Below are positions 33,345-45,059 of a stretch of 64,000 nt of DNA, piece after piece (the first letter of the stretch is position 1; each line of letters begins with the position of its first letter). Position numbers and translations under genes: made by a program. The notes below the pieces were generated by a model that searched no databases, was not told the origin of the DNA, and saw nothing but the letters and a program-made list of their open reading frames with translations. The stretch is from Centroscyllium fabricii (taxonomy: Eukaryota), in contig JBNRSN020000002.1 of the NCBI GenBank assembly GCA_051313645.2, forward strand, positions 542,500,001-542,564,000. Direction: 5' to 3'.

Positions 33345-33678
33345 ACATAGAAACATAGAAGATAGGAGCAGGAATAGGCCATTCGGCCCCTCGAGCCTGC
33401 TCCGCCATTCGATGAGATCATGGCTGATCATCCAACTCAGTACCCTGTTCCTGCCTTCTCCCCATATCCCTTGATACCTTTACCTCTAAGAAATATATCC
33501 AACTCGTTCTTGAATATATTTAATGACTTGGCCTCAACTACATTCTGTGGCAGAGAATTCCACAGGTTCACCACTCTCTGGGTGAAGAAATTCCTCCTCA
33601 TCTCTGTCCTAAATGGCTTACCCCTTATCCTTAGACTGTGGCACCTGGTTCTGGGCTCTCCGACCATCGGGAACAAAT
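33345..33678 (-). mobile_element. CR1 LINE 3' fragment
   Basis: RNFFTQRVVNLWNSLP; (CATAGAAA) tail. Confidence 0.9.
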
Positions 33679-34078
33679 CCATCAAGCTTATGTACATGTT
33701 GTCAAAAGTCAACTTATAGTTTAACGAGCTGGTTTAATTTCTTCTATTTTCTTGCCCAATTCAGATTTGTCGACCAAGAGCCCAAAGCTCTTAATTTAAG
33801 TGTGTCTGCGGTGCTCTGCAAATTCTGAATTAAATCAAGCTTTGCCAGGTTATCGATGAACCTTAAATTTTCCAAGGACTGGCTTGGGCATAAAGCCAAA
33901 ACAGTGCTCAACAATTGACCGAGGTTGTAGGATTTGTCTACACTGAAGCAATCAAAAAGTTACCAGATCTTGACCGAACAAGAAATACCGGATTAGCTCC
34001 AAAAAAAAAACTAGTCACCGGGTCAGTTCTGAGGAAATTGCTGGATTCAGAACAACTTCTCGTCAATAGCTGATTTAC

Positions 34079-34182
34079 TTTCGGGTCTTTTTCTAGACAC
34101 AGAGCAAGAAAGTCTGAACCTATGCCGTGGTCTTTAGACAAGGAAACCAGCAGCGCTGTTAACCCACAACTCTTTAATATAC
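34079..34182 (-). CDS. Candidate host exon
   Basis: ctgcag acceptor, gtaaat donor; phases match both neighbouring candidates; upstream intron would be only 68 bp. Confidence 0.25.
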
Positions 34183-34250
34183 CTGCAGTTCCTCAACAAC
34201 TGAAAGCAATTTCCTTTTATTTTAAAACAAAACACAACGTTTATACTCAC

Positions 34251-34352
34251 CAAGTGAAAGAATGAAGGCAAGTAAAGCCTGAAACCAGCTGAAAGGCTGA
34301 GCCATTTTCCTTGCCAAATCGAAGCAACTGTCCTTTAAGATTAATTTGCAAC
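34251..34352 (-). CDS. Candidate host exon
   Basis: cctacag acceptor, consensus gtgagt donor; 102 bp; frame CKLILKDSCFDLARKMAQPFSWFQALLAFILSL open. Confidence 0.4.
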
Positions 34353-34792
34353 CTGTAGGATGTGTGAAAATGCAAAATACTCATAAGGAAACAGCAACCA
34401 CATCCTGTTAATGGTGTAAAAGATCAAGTGCTTCCTTTTTTGTTCGAACAAAGTGATTTTTTTTACCGTAATGGTATCAACTAAAACAAATTTTGCAAGT
34501 TCTGGACACTGAAAGCACTTGATTTAATAAATATTCGACTGTTGACTTTATCGAAAAAATGTTACACCCAGCCTACTTGTCACTCTTTTCAACATCTGCT
34601 GCTTACAATCAGAAGTACATCAGTTCCAATTTGTCCCATTCTAGATTATGGGAGCACATATTTAGGGGCCAAAGTCCTAAACAACAGCATTTTGCATTTC
34701 TATAGCACCCTTAACATAGAAAAACATCTCAAAGCGCTTTGCGTCTTTGTAAACATTTCCAAGTTAGTGTGACAAAGGAAACTGGGTTATCC

Positions 34793-35685
34793 CGTGTTCA
34801 GTGCCATTCGCAACTCCTCAGATAATGAAGCAGTCCTTGCCCGCATGCAACAAGACCTGGATGACGTTCAGGCTTGGGCCGATAAGTGGCAGGTAACATT
34901 CGCGCCACACAAGTGCCAGACAATGGGACTGTCTCCAGCAAGCGAGAGTCTAACCACTGCTCCTTGATATTCAATGGCATTACCTTCACCAAATCCCCCA
35001 CCATGAACATCCTGGGGGTCACCATTGACCAGAAACTTAACTGGACCAGCCACATAAATACTGTGCCAACAAGAGCAGGTCAGGGGCTTGGTATTCTGTG
35101 GCGAGTGACTCACCTCCTGACTCCCCAAAGCCTTTCTACCATCTACAAGGCAGAAGTAAGGAGTGTGATGGAATACTCTCCACCTGCCTGGATGAGTGCA
35201 GCTCCAACAACACTCAAGAAGCTCGACACCATCCAGGACAAAGCAGCCTGCTTGATTGGCACCCCATCCACCACCTTAAATATTCACTCCCTCCACCACC
35301 AGTGTACCATGGCTGCAGTGTGTACCATCCACAAGATGCACTGCAGAAACTCGCCAAGGCTTCTTTGGCAGCACCTCCCAAACCGGCGATCTCTACCACC
35401 GAGAAGGACGAGGGCAGAAGGCGCATGGGAACAACACCACCTCCAGGTTCCCTTCCAAGTCACACACCATCCTGAATGAGAAGTATATCGGCTGATCCTT
35501 CATCATCACTGGGTCAAAATCGTTGAACTCCCTCCCTAACAGCACTGCGGGAGTACCTTCACCACACGGACTGCAGCGGTTCAAGAAGGCAGCTCACCAC
35601 CACCTTCTCGAGAGCAATTAGTGATTGGCAATAAATACTGCCCTTGCCAGCGACGTGCACATCCCATGAACAAATTTTTAAAAAC
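34793..35685 (+). mobile_element. CR1/L2-group LINE 3' fragment
   Basis: WADKWQVTFAP, ILGVTIDQKLNWTSHIN, IYKAEVRSVMEY. Confidence 0.88.
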
Positions 35686-35744
35686 CCCATAATAATTGTT
35701 TGCCTGGTAGTGAAAGTAATAGACCAGCATTACCCCGCTCCAGA

Positions 35745-36360
35745 AACTTGAACATATAATCTAGACTGATACTCCACTGCAGTGCTGAGGGAGTGCTGCA
35801 CTGTCAGAGGTGCTGTCTGATGGGCCATCAATAACACGAAGGAGAGGTTTGAGGACTCAAAGGTAGGCTTTTAATAGCTAAGAACTGTGGTACATGATTC
35901 CACACTGAGTTCTCCAGGTCAAATGACTCATGCAATTCAGGAGTCCTTTATATGGCAAAAGACAGAGGGCGGAGCCCAAAACATACAATAGAAAAGTGGG
36001 CGGTACATACACTCACATGACAGGTAAGTCCAAGGTAGAAACACAGGCTGATGAACGTATATATAGTTCATCACACTGTCATTTAGATGAGACATTAAAC
36101 TGAGGCCCTGTCTGCTCTATCAGGTGGAGGTAAAAGATTCCATGGCACTATTTCGAAGAAGAGCAGGGGAGTTCTCCCAATGTCCTGGCCAACATTTATC
36201 CCTTAACCGACACCCAAAACATTTTTCTCATTGATGTTCATAGGACGTGTGCAAATCGGCTGCCATATTTCACTACATAACATTTGTCACTATATTCAAA
36301 AGTAACTAATTGGTTATAAAGATGCCCGGAGGACATATAAGGCACTATATAAAAGCAAGT
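35745..36360 (+). mobile_element. Deu-domain SINE split by a solo LTR
   Basis: Plus-strand copy of the 20347 family, interrupted at 35818-36075. Confidence 0.7.
35818..36075 (-). mobile_element. Solo LTR (same family as 45858-46115)
   Basis: TG...CA termini; TSD CTGTC; ends TTATTGATGGCCCATCA on minus. Confidence 0.9.
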
Positions 36361-36849
36361 TATTTTTGGGGGGGATTGGTAATATGGTAGCAAACAATAT
36401 TGAAAGCTTCATCTGTGAGCTAATTATTTAACTCGACCATGGGATACCGAATATGGCAGATGGTTCACTTCTGTGGTAATGTTAGTGGACGTTGCCACCA
36501 AGGTAGAGGAACTATTCGATGCACTTGATGGTGTTATTCCTGACAGTGAGGCTCCCAGGAGCATGGATTCTCACTCTGCTTCACCTCAGAGTCAGTTCAG
36601 ACCTTTACACTTGATTCACACCACACAAGTTTAGCATTGGTGTGAAGCCGGCTCTCACCGCCACTAAACTTGTTAAAATGCACCACGAAAACACAGGTCA
36701 ACATGAGCTGAGCCCATGTGATGGCCTGGAAAATTAAATGCCAAATGAGGAAAAGTGCACCAATTCTGAGGGGACTGGGGTCCAGACAAGTCAATCCGTT
36801 ATGTGGCAATTGTGACAGGCAAATAACGCCTTTGGGTGTTTACACTGCT

Positions 36850-37321
36850 TTAAAACAGACTGATTTTTATCAGTACACTCTCTCTTGCTGTTGGTTGCTT
36901 GGCAGCAGGACTGGGGTCTCCACTGTTTTCAGCCTGCTGTTCAATATTCTGTTCGAGTATTTGATCGAGTTTCTTTTGTGTACACTGCATTTTGTCCTGA
37001 ATCTTTTGCTCCCAGTGCAACTGGTTGCGGAGGGCAGAAAGGTTCTCTCACCACTCACTTCTTTCTTCCCACATCTGGCTTACTAACTTTTTTAACTCTT
37101 TAGCTTCCTTATTTAACTGGGCAGCGAACAAGTGTGCCCTGTAAGGTAAACTGTCTTGGCCTCTCTATTTTAAGTTTGTTTTTCTGAACATCCTCAGCGA
37201 GTTTATCAAGGATGTAGTCATAGTCCCCATTACCACCTTCTAAGATTTTTAGGAGGTCCGCTGTGGCGGACGTGCCAATTTTTACTGTCAGGCTCTCCAC
37301 CAGCTGTCCTTGATGTTATGC
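36850..37321 (-). pseudogene. Decayed first ORF (gag-like, coiled-coil) of the tRNA-Leu-primed LTR relic
   Basis: Joins across the Gypsy TSD to the ATG at 43174: MVLA*HQGQLVESLTVKIG...; after a frameshift AAQLNKEAKELKKLVSQMWEERSEW*ENLSALRNQL... Confidence 0.6.
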
Positions 37322-37374
37322 TGTGGTAACCGTTATATGTACTCTTTTACCACCTTAATATTGTTGCCAATATT

Positions 37375-38275
37375 GGGCCCTGTTTTCCTGTGCTCCAGAA
37401 GAGCTGCACCCCCACGAAGGGGGGTCAGAAATGCCTCGTGGGGGTGCAGCTCGGGTGATTACCAGAAACGTGAATTTCCTGTGCTGATGGGCAAGGGGCT
37501 TCAGCTTCCTACCCAGGAAGACTTTGAGCTGCAGATTTCCCATGGCAGCTGCTCAAAATGCGGGTGTATCACGTGGGCAAGTCTCTCTTTTGCTGCACAT
37601 TTAAAAAGCAGTCTTAGAGGGCTGCAGGCAGGTTTGAGAAGTGAAAAAAACACGTTTAAAGTTTTAAAAAAATTGATTCCTTTGGAGATATTTGTCTGTG
37701 GTCTTTCAGCTTGTAAATGGGTAGGGTTTTATATTTTTTGGTGAAAGTGAAAAAAAACCAGGATTTGAACGCGATGTCAGCAGCTCTGATGGCCATCACA
37801 GCTGCTGACATCGCGTTGGAAACCCGTTTTTTTTTTCACTTTCACCAAAAAATATAAAACCCTACCCATTTACAAGCTGAAAGACCATAGACAAATATCT
37901 CCAAAGGAATCAAATTTTTTTTAACTTTAAACGTGTTTTTTTCACTGGAGAAAAAAAAAACCCTAACATCAGAAAAGGCAGAAACTTAAAAAAAACAGCT
38001 TCCTATAAAATGAAAAAAACCAAAAAAAAGGTGCTTCCCTACCCGATCTTCTTCATCCTCAGGCCGATTCTGTGCTTTGTGCGGGGGGAAAACCGACCTC
38101 AGTGGGCGTGGCTTGCACCCCGCACCAAAAAAAAGACGACCCCTCCGCTGAAAAAAAACCCGGCATTTCCCACAGGAAATTGCCGTCAGAAAAAAAAAAA
38201 AAAGTACGTGTGTGTGCGCCGCGGGTGCTCGGGAGCGCGCACCAGCGGCAAACGGGCCACAGGAAAACATGGCCC
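37375..38275. mobile_element. PIF/Harbinger-like MITE with a long internal palindrome, in the 5' LTR
   Basis: TIR GGGCCCTGTTTTCCTGTG / CACAGGAAAACATGGCCC; TSD ATT confirmed by the empty site in the 3' LTR (CCAATATTATACTG). Confidence 0.9.
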
Positions 38276-38549
38276 ATTATACTGTATGTATAGCGGCCGG
38301 GTGCATGATACACTGTTTTGTATTGCGACACTGTCGCGGGGTCAGGTCAGCCACACCTCTAACTCCTCCCCTGAGGTGAGTGCCTTATAGGTGGGGTCTG
38401 ACCTGCCCCCATTCATTCTGTACCTGATGGTCGATCGGAGCGTAGCTCCTTTGTAAGCTAATAAAAGTCTTTAGTTAAGGTAACTACGCATCTTTAGATT
38501 TATTAGACTATTGACGATACGTCAATTTTATTAGCTTAAAAATTTTGAA

Positions 38550-41500
38550 ATGGAGAGCGGCGCTGTCAAACCCGAAAAGCTGGACATTAGTCCACAGCAC
38601 CCAGCCGCCGCCAACACCTTCGAACACTGGTTCGGCCTCGTCGAGGCCTACATGGACGCCGCCAAGGCTACAACCGAGGGGAACAAGCTACATGTTCTCA
38701 TGTCCAGGATCTCCAGCCGGGTATTCTCCTTCATCCGTGACACTAAGACGTACCCTGAAGCCCTGGAGAAACTGAGGAAATGCTCAGAGCGCCCGGTCCA
38801 CTCAGTCTACGCCAGACATGTGCTCGCGACCAGACCACAACTAGCAAGTGAGTCCAATGAACAGTATCTGTTGGCGCTCCAAGCCCTTGTCCGGGCCTGT
38901 GACTGCAAACCACGGACGGCACAAGAGGAGGCGAACCTTCTCGTCCGGGACGCCTATGTAACGGGACTCAGGTCCGCAGAGGTCCGCCAGCGGCTGCTGG
39001 AAAAGGACACACTAACACTGGACGATGCGATCTCCATCTCCAACGCTGTGGAGGGCGCACGCCGCAGGCTACAGGCGTACGGCGGCCAAAACCCACACGC
39101 TACCTTCGACTCCTGGGCGGCCCCACAACGGGTCGAGGCCCCCACAATGGCAGCGGCAGCTGCGAAGACGCCGGCGGGGAAAAAATGTTACTTCTGCGGC
39201 CAGGGACTACACCCATGGGCGAGATGCCCCACGAGGACCGCGACCTGTGAGAGGTGCTCGAAAAAGGGACACTACGCCAAGGCCTGCAAATCGGCCCCGG
39301 CGTCCAGCTCCAGGTACAACAGTGCGGCCTGCGAAAGCCCCAACACCGGCCCTTGGCCTCAGGTAAGCTGCAGCTGCAGCGCGACACAGCGACGGTCCGG
39401 GGGTAGAGTACAAGTGCCCCCATCTCCCACCCTGGTGCGGCAGAGGCCGGCCGCGCCCACGGCACGCCAAACTCAGCCATGGCCGGCCATGTGCGACCCC
39501 CCAACGCCGGCATCTCACCCAGCGCGGCCCGCTGCGTGCAAATCACGGGCACCGCCAACCCAGCCACCGCGGCCCGTGAACCACGGGCACTGCCACTGCG
39601 TCCACAGCGACCCGCCGCGTGCGAATCACGGGCACCGCCATCTTGTCTTCAGCGGCCAGCCATGTGCGACTCCCCGGCGCCACCATCTTGTCTTCAGCGG
39701 CCAGCCATGTGCGACTCTCCGCGCCGCCATTTTGTCCCCTACGGTTGGCCATGTGCGAACCACGGGCGCCGCCATCTTGTGCACGGCCCCGGCCAGCGGA
39801 GGGCTCCCACACAAACACACACACTTCGGCCTCAGCCACCCTGAAAGTCGATGAGGCTAGGCCGCACACCCTATCAAATTCCATGATGGGGATTAAAGTC
39901 AATGACCTTGCCACTAACTGCCTGTTCGACACTGGAAGCACAGAGAGCTTCATCCACCCCGATACAGCGCAGCGCTATGGACTGCAGATCCTGCCCGTGC
40001 GCTACCAAGTCTCCCTTGCTTCACAGTCCCACACCGCGGACGTCACCGGCTACTGCTCCGTCACGCTCACAGTTAAGGGCTGCGTGTACCGTAACTTTAA
40101 ATTGTACATACTCAAGCAGTTGTGCGCCCCAGTCTTACTGGGACTGGATTTCCAGTGCCACCTTAAGAGCGTGACAATGGAGTTCGGCGGGACCCTGGCC
40201 CCCCTCACCGTCAGTAGCCGGGACAATCCCTTCCTAAAGCGGAGCCCGACTTGCGGCCTCTCCACCCTGAAAGTCGACCCCCCCTCACTGTTCACCAACC
40301 TCGACCCCAACTGCAAGCTACTAAGAGTCGGCGTTACAGTGCAGGGGATCGGACATTTATCAGGTCGGAGGACGGGCGTATGCTGAAGGAGGGGATAATT
40401 GAGGGGATAATTGAAGCCAGCACCAGCCCCTGGCGGGCCCAGGTCGTAGTGGTTAAGACTGGCGAGAAACAGCGGATGGTGATCGATTACAGCCAGACCA
40501 TTAACCGCTACACCGGGCTCGACGCGTACCCCCTTCCCCGCATCTCGGAAATGGTTAACCAGATCGCCCAGTGCAAGGTGTTCTCCACAATCGACCTTAA
40601 GTCGGCGTATCACCAACTCCCGATCCAGAAAGCCGACCGCCCGTACACCGCCTTCGAGGCGAACGGTCGGCTCTACCACTTCCTCCGGGTCCCCTTCGGC
40701 GTGACCAACGGAGTGTCGGTATTCCAGAGGGAGATGGACCGCATGGTTGACCAGAACGGGTTGCAGGCCACTTTCCCCTACCTGGACAACGTGACCATCT
40801 GCGGCCATGACCAGCAGGACCACGATGCCAACCTGGCCAAATTTCTCCACACGGCGAAACGGCTTGATCTCACGTACAATAAAGATAAGTGCGTCTTTAG
40901 TACAGATCGGCTTGCCATCCTCGGATATGTGGTGTAAAACGGGGTCCTCGGCCCCGACCCACAGCGTATGCGCCCCTTACAGGAACTGCCCCTTCCTCAC
41001 AACCCCAAAGCCCTGAAGAGATGTCTGGGATTTTTCTCCTATTACGCGCAATGGGTTCCCCAGTTCGCGGATAAGGCCAGACCGCTCCTTAAGGCTGCCG
41101 TCTTCCCCCTCTCGGTAGAAGCCCAAACGGCATTCGCCCGGATCAAGGAAGATATTATCAAGGCGACCATGCACGCCGTTGATGAATCCATCCCGTTCCA
41201 GGTGTAGAGTGACGCTTCGGACTTTGCCCTTGCTGCCACCCTGAATCAGGCAGGCAGGCCCGTAGCGTTCTTCTCCCGTACCCTACAGGGACCTGAAATT
41301 CGCCACTCTGCAGTGGAAAAGGAGGCCCAGGCCATCGTGGAGGCCGTGCGCTAGTGGCGTCATTACCTGGCCGGTAAGCGTTTTACCCTGCTCACCGACC
41401 AATGGTCGGTTGCGTTTATTTTTAATAATAAACAAAAGGGTAAAATCAAGAATGATAAGATCCTGCGGTGGCGGATCGAGCTCTCGACTTACGAGTACGA

Positions 41501-42842
41501 CATTCTTTACCGACCAGGCAAACTCAATGAACCCCCGGACGCACTGTCCAGGGGAACGTGCGCCAGTGCCCAGCAAGACCGGCTGAAGGAACTTCACGAT
41601 TGCCTCTGCCACCCGGGTGTCACCAGACTTGCCGACTTCGTTAAATCCCGTAGCCTCCCCTACTCCATCACGGAGATCAAGGCTATGACCCGAGAGTGCC
41701 CTGTTTGCGCCGAGTGCAAACCCCAATTTTTCAGGCCAGACACGGCGCACCTCATTAAGGCCACCCACCCCTTTGAACGTCTAAGCGTGGACTTCAAAGG
41801 CCCCCTCCCCTCCACCGACCGCAACTCGTACTTACTCACGGTAGTAGGCGAATTCTCCCGCTTCCCCTTCGCCTTCCCCTGCCCAGATATGACGAGCGCA
41901 ACGGTGATCAAACACTTCACCACGCTGTTCGGCATTTTCAGTCTCCCCAGCTACATCCATAGCGACCGGGGGTCGTCGTTCATGAGCGTCGAACTGCGTC
42001 AGTTTCTGCTCCAGAAAGGGGTTGCCTCGAGCAGAATGACCAGTTACAACCCCCGGGGGAACGGCCAGGTAGAAAGGGAGAACGGGATCATCTGGAAGGC
42101 GGTCAGCCTGGCTCTGAAGTCCAGAGGCCTTCCAGTGTCCCGTTGGCAGGCAGTCCTCCCTGATGCGCTGCACTCGATCCGCTCTCTGTTGTGTACGGCC
42201 ACCAACGCCACACCTCACGATGTACTCTTTTCCTTCCCCAGGAAGTCGACTTCGGGGACAGCCCTTCCACCATGGCTCACGATGCCGGGGCCGGTCTTGC
42301 TTCAGAAGCATGTTCGTGGCCATAAGACCGACCCCCTGGTAGACAAGGTGCAGCTGCTGCACGCCAACCCGCAGTACGCATACGTGCAGTTCCCGGACGG
42401 GCGCGAGGACACCGTCTCCATCAGGGACCTAGCGCCTGCCGGGAGCACCACAGCAGAACCCTTGGTCGGGCCCCAGCCCGTCCAGCCACTACATTTCGGC
42501 CACCTCCAGCCACTACATCTCGACCACTGGCCAATACATCACCCACAACCCACCGGAGGCTGGCCGCTACTATCATACACATCGGAGCCCCCGCCATTGC
42601 CAGCTGAGGACCAGGAACCAGACGACCAGCCACAGGCACAGGAGCAACCGCAGGGCTCTGCCCCACCACCACCACCAGCACCTACAGTACCGGCACCAGC
42701 GCCGCCACCACCACCGACACCAGCGCCGCCGACACTGCAGGCACCAGAACCGCTGACAGAGACCCGGTGGTCCTCCAGACAGACGCGACCGCCGGATAAA
42801 CTCATCATGAACTGCTCGGTTCATTCACCCCACCGGACTTAA
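38550..42842 (+). pseudogene. Disrupted gag-pol
   Basis: Colinear with the 1400-aa ORF; frameshifts in the Gag repeats and near 40320; 12-bp duplication near 40389; stops at 40935, 41205 and 41352. Confidence 0.95.
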
Positions 42843-43319
42843 TTTTCAAAGAAGGGGTGAATGTGGTAACCGTTATATGTACTCTTTTACCACCTTAATA
42901 TTGTTGCCAATATTATACTGTATGTATAGCGGCCGCGTGCATGATACACTGTTTTGTATTGCGACACTGTCGCGGGGTCAGGTCAGCCACACCTCTAACT
43001 CCTCCCCTCAGGTGAGTGCCTTATAGGTGGGGTCTGACCTGCCCCCATTCATTCTGTACCTGATGTTCAATCGAAGCGTAGCTCCTTTGTAAGCTAATAA
43101 AAGCCTTTAGTTAAGGTAACTACGCGTCTTTAGTTTTATTAGACTATTGATGATACGTCATATGCCAACACCATTGTATCTCTGGTTTTACCTTTACCCC
43201 ACTCTGTCCCTCTACCTTCTTTCAGGGAGTTCCCTACTTAGTCTTAAGCGAGGATCACGCACGGTCAACCATGTCCATCCATTCCCCACAACCGGAACCT
43301 TACAACTCCCAACTCTGCA

Positions 43320-43337
43320 ATCCCACTTCTGACACCA
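43320..43337 (-). promoter_or_regulatory. Primer-binding site, tRNA-Leu
   Basis: Minus strand TGGTGTCAGAAGTGGGAT, complementary to the 3' end of vertebrate tRNA-Leu (CAA/CAG type), 1 nt after a CTTACA LTR end. Confidence 0.9.
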
Positions 43338-43338
43338 C

Positions 43339-44496
43339 TGTAAGATTCGGATCACAGGTCACACACACATTACCCAAAGGGTCTTAGGAGTTGTAAGGCT
43401 TTTTTATTAAAGAGCGGCAGTTTAAGTTGACACGGTGGCGCAGTGGTTAGCACTGCTGCCTCGCAATAAGGAGCTCCTGGGTTCGAATCTCTGCGTGGAG
43501 TTTGCATCTTCTCCCCGTGTTCGTGTGGGTTTCCTCCGGGTTCTCCGGTTTCCTCCCACCACCCAAAGACATGCAGGTTAGGTGAATTGGAGATACTAAA
43601 AATTGCCCATAGGTATGTGTGTGAGATATAGTTCTTAGAGTTGGGGGTGTCGGGTGCTATGGGGAGAGGGGAGGAGGGGGGTGCTGGGTTTGGATGATCA
43701 GCCATGATCTCATCAAAAATGGTGGAGCAGGCTCGAAGGGCCGAATGGCCTACTCCTGCTCCTATCTTCTGTGTTTCTGTGTTTCACGGGTGGCACGGTG
43801 GCACAGTGGTTAGCACTGTTGCCTTACAGCACTGGAGACCCGGGTTCAAATCCAGCCTCGGGTACTATCTGTGTGGAGTTTGCACATTCTCCCCGTGTCT
43901 GCGTGGGTTTCCTCCGGGTGCTCCGGTTTCCTCCCACAGTCCAAAGATGTGCGGGTTAGGTTGATTGGCCAGGATAAATTGACCCTTAGTGTGAGGGGGA
44001 TTGAATATGTGGGGTTACGGGGATAGCGTGAAATATGTTTCAGTGCAGCCTCGATAGGGATCGAGGGATATGGGGACAAGGCAGGGACGGGGTACTGGGC
44101 TTGGATGATCAGCCATGATCTCGTTGAATGGCGGAACAGGCTCGAAGGGCCGAATGGCCTACTCCTGCTCCTATCTTCTATGTTTCTATGTTTCTAAGTA
44201 CAACACACAATCAAGATCGACATAGTAGACACACAACCGTGATAAGTAGCTGGGATCGGACAGACGGCTGCCATGCACGAACAGCCCTTCCCATCTCTCC
44301 ACCGTCTGTGCTAAAAGCTCTTTTGATATCTCTTCTACTCTCTTTTTTGGGATTGATTGTGGACATGGCCCCTTTAAGGAAACCGCCTGATGACGCACCA
44401 TCAAATAACGTCATCAGACCCGCTTCCTTTTAATTGGTCGGGAATCTCGCAGGGCGGGCTTAACAAGCCCAATCAACGTAAAATCCTTTTCACACA
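43339..44496 (-). mobile_element. 5' LTR of an older tRNA-Leu-primed LTR element, interrupted by two SINEs; outer boundary uncertain
   Basis: Ends in CA just before the PBS; AATAAA at ~43403-43408 (minus); sequence resumes at 44195 after TSD TAAGT. Confidence 0.6.
43428..44194 (+). mobile_element. Two tandem V-SINEs (43428-43783 and 43788-44194)
   Basis: Each has a tRNA head, V-domain and CR1 tail; the pair is flanked by TAAGT. Confidence 0.88.
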
Positions 44497-45059
44497 GCAG
44501 CTGGAGCCAGGAGCGGGACCACGACCCACCAATGACTCCTCCTGCCGCGATCACGCCTCCCGGCAAAGTCGCGGCCTATGATTCTGTGACATCGCTTTAA
44601 ATGTAGGTTCACATCAGGCTGCAGAAGTGTGAAGCATGCAAACTTTCTCGTGTCTCTTGCAATGTGAGTGTCGTCACACCTACATTTCAGTGCACAGAAA
44701 AAGTTGCTTCATATTACTGTAAACCATGTAGGGTAACTGGTCTATTGTAGAAAAGCAGACAAGGGGCTGGGTTTTTCTGTTTTTGCAGAATCCCGCCACC
44801 TCTTCAACAGGGTGCAAGCTCCGCTGGCCACAGTGATAATCCCCCTAGTCACAGGGCCAGGACACTGTGTGCATTTTAAACCAGTTCCCCAGCCTGTGCT
44901 AGGGAATTAGACGGAGATGTAGGTGGGCAATGTCTGCGGCAAGCTTCGGAGGCTTGTCCTGCGATTGATTGAACAGGCTTTCCAGCTCCTAAAGCTTTGG
45001 ATAACCCGCTCGCCACCATAGCAACACCAGATGCCAGGAAAATACAGGCTACATGACAG

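Larger units (their letters stand above)
37322..43160 (+). mobile_element. Full-length decayed Gypsy LTR retrotransposon (family A, copy 2)
   Basis: 5' LTR 37322-38524 (split by a MITE), 3' LTR 42862-43160; TSD TATGC; internal region closely similar to copy 1. Confidence 0.97.

Noticed and set aside
36437-36633. Plus-strand open frame ...VDVATKVEELFDALDGVIP...
   Set aside because: Short, no convincing splice sites, no recognisable homology.
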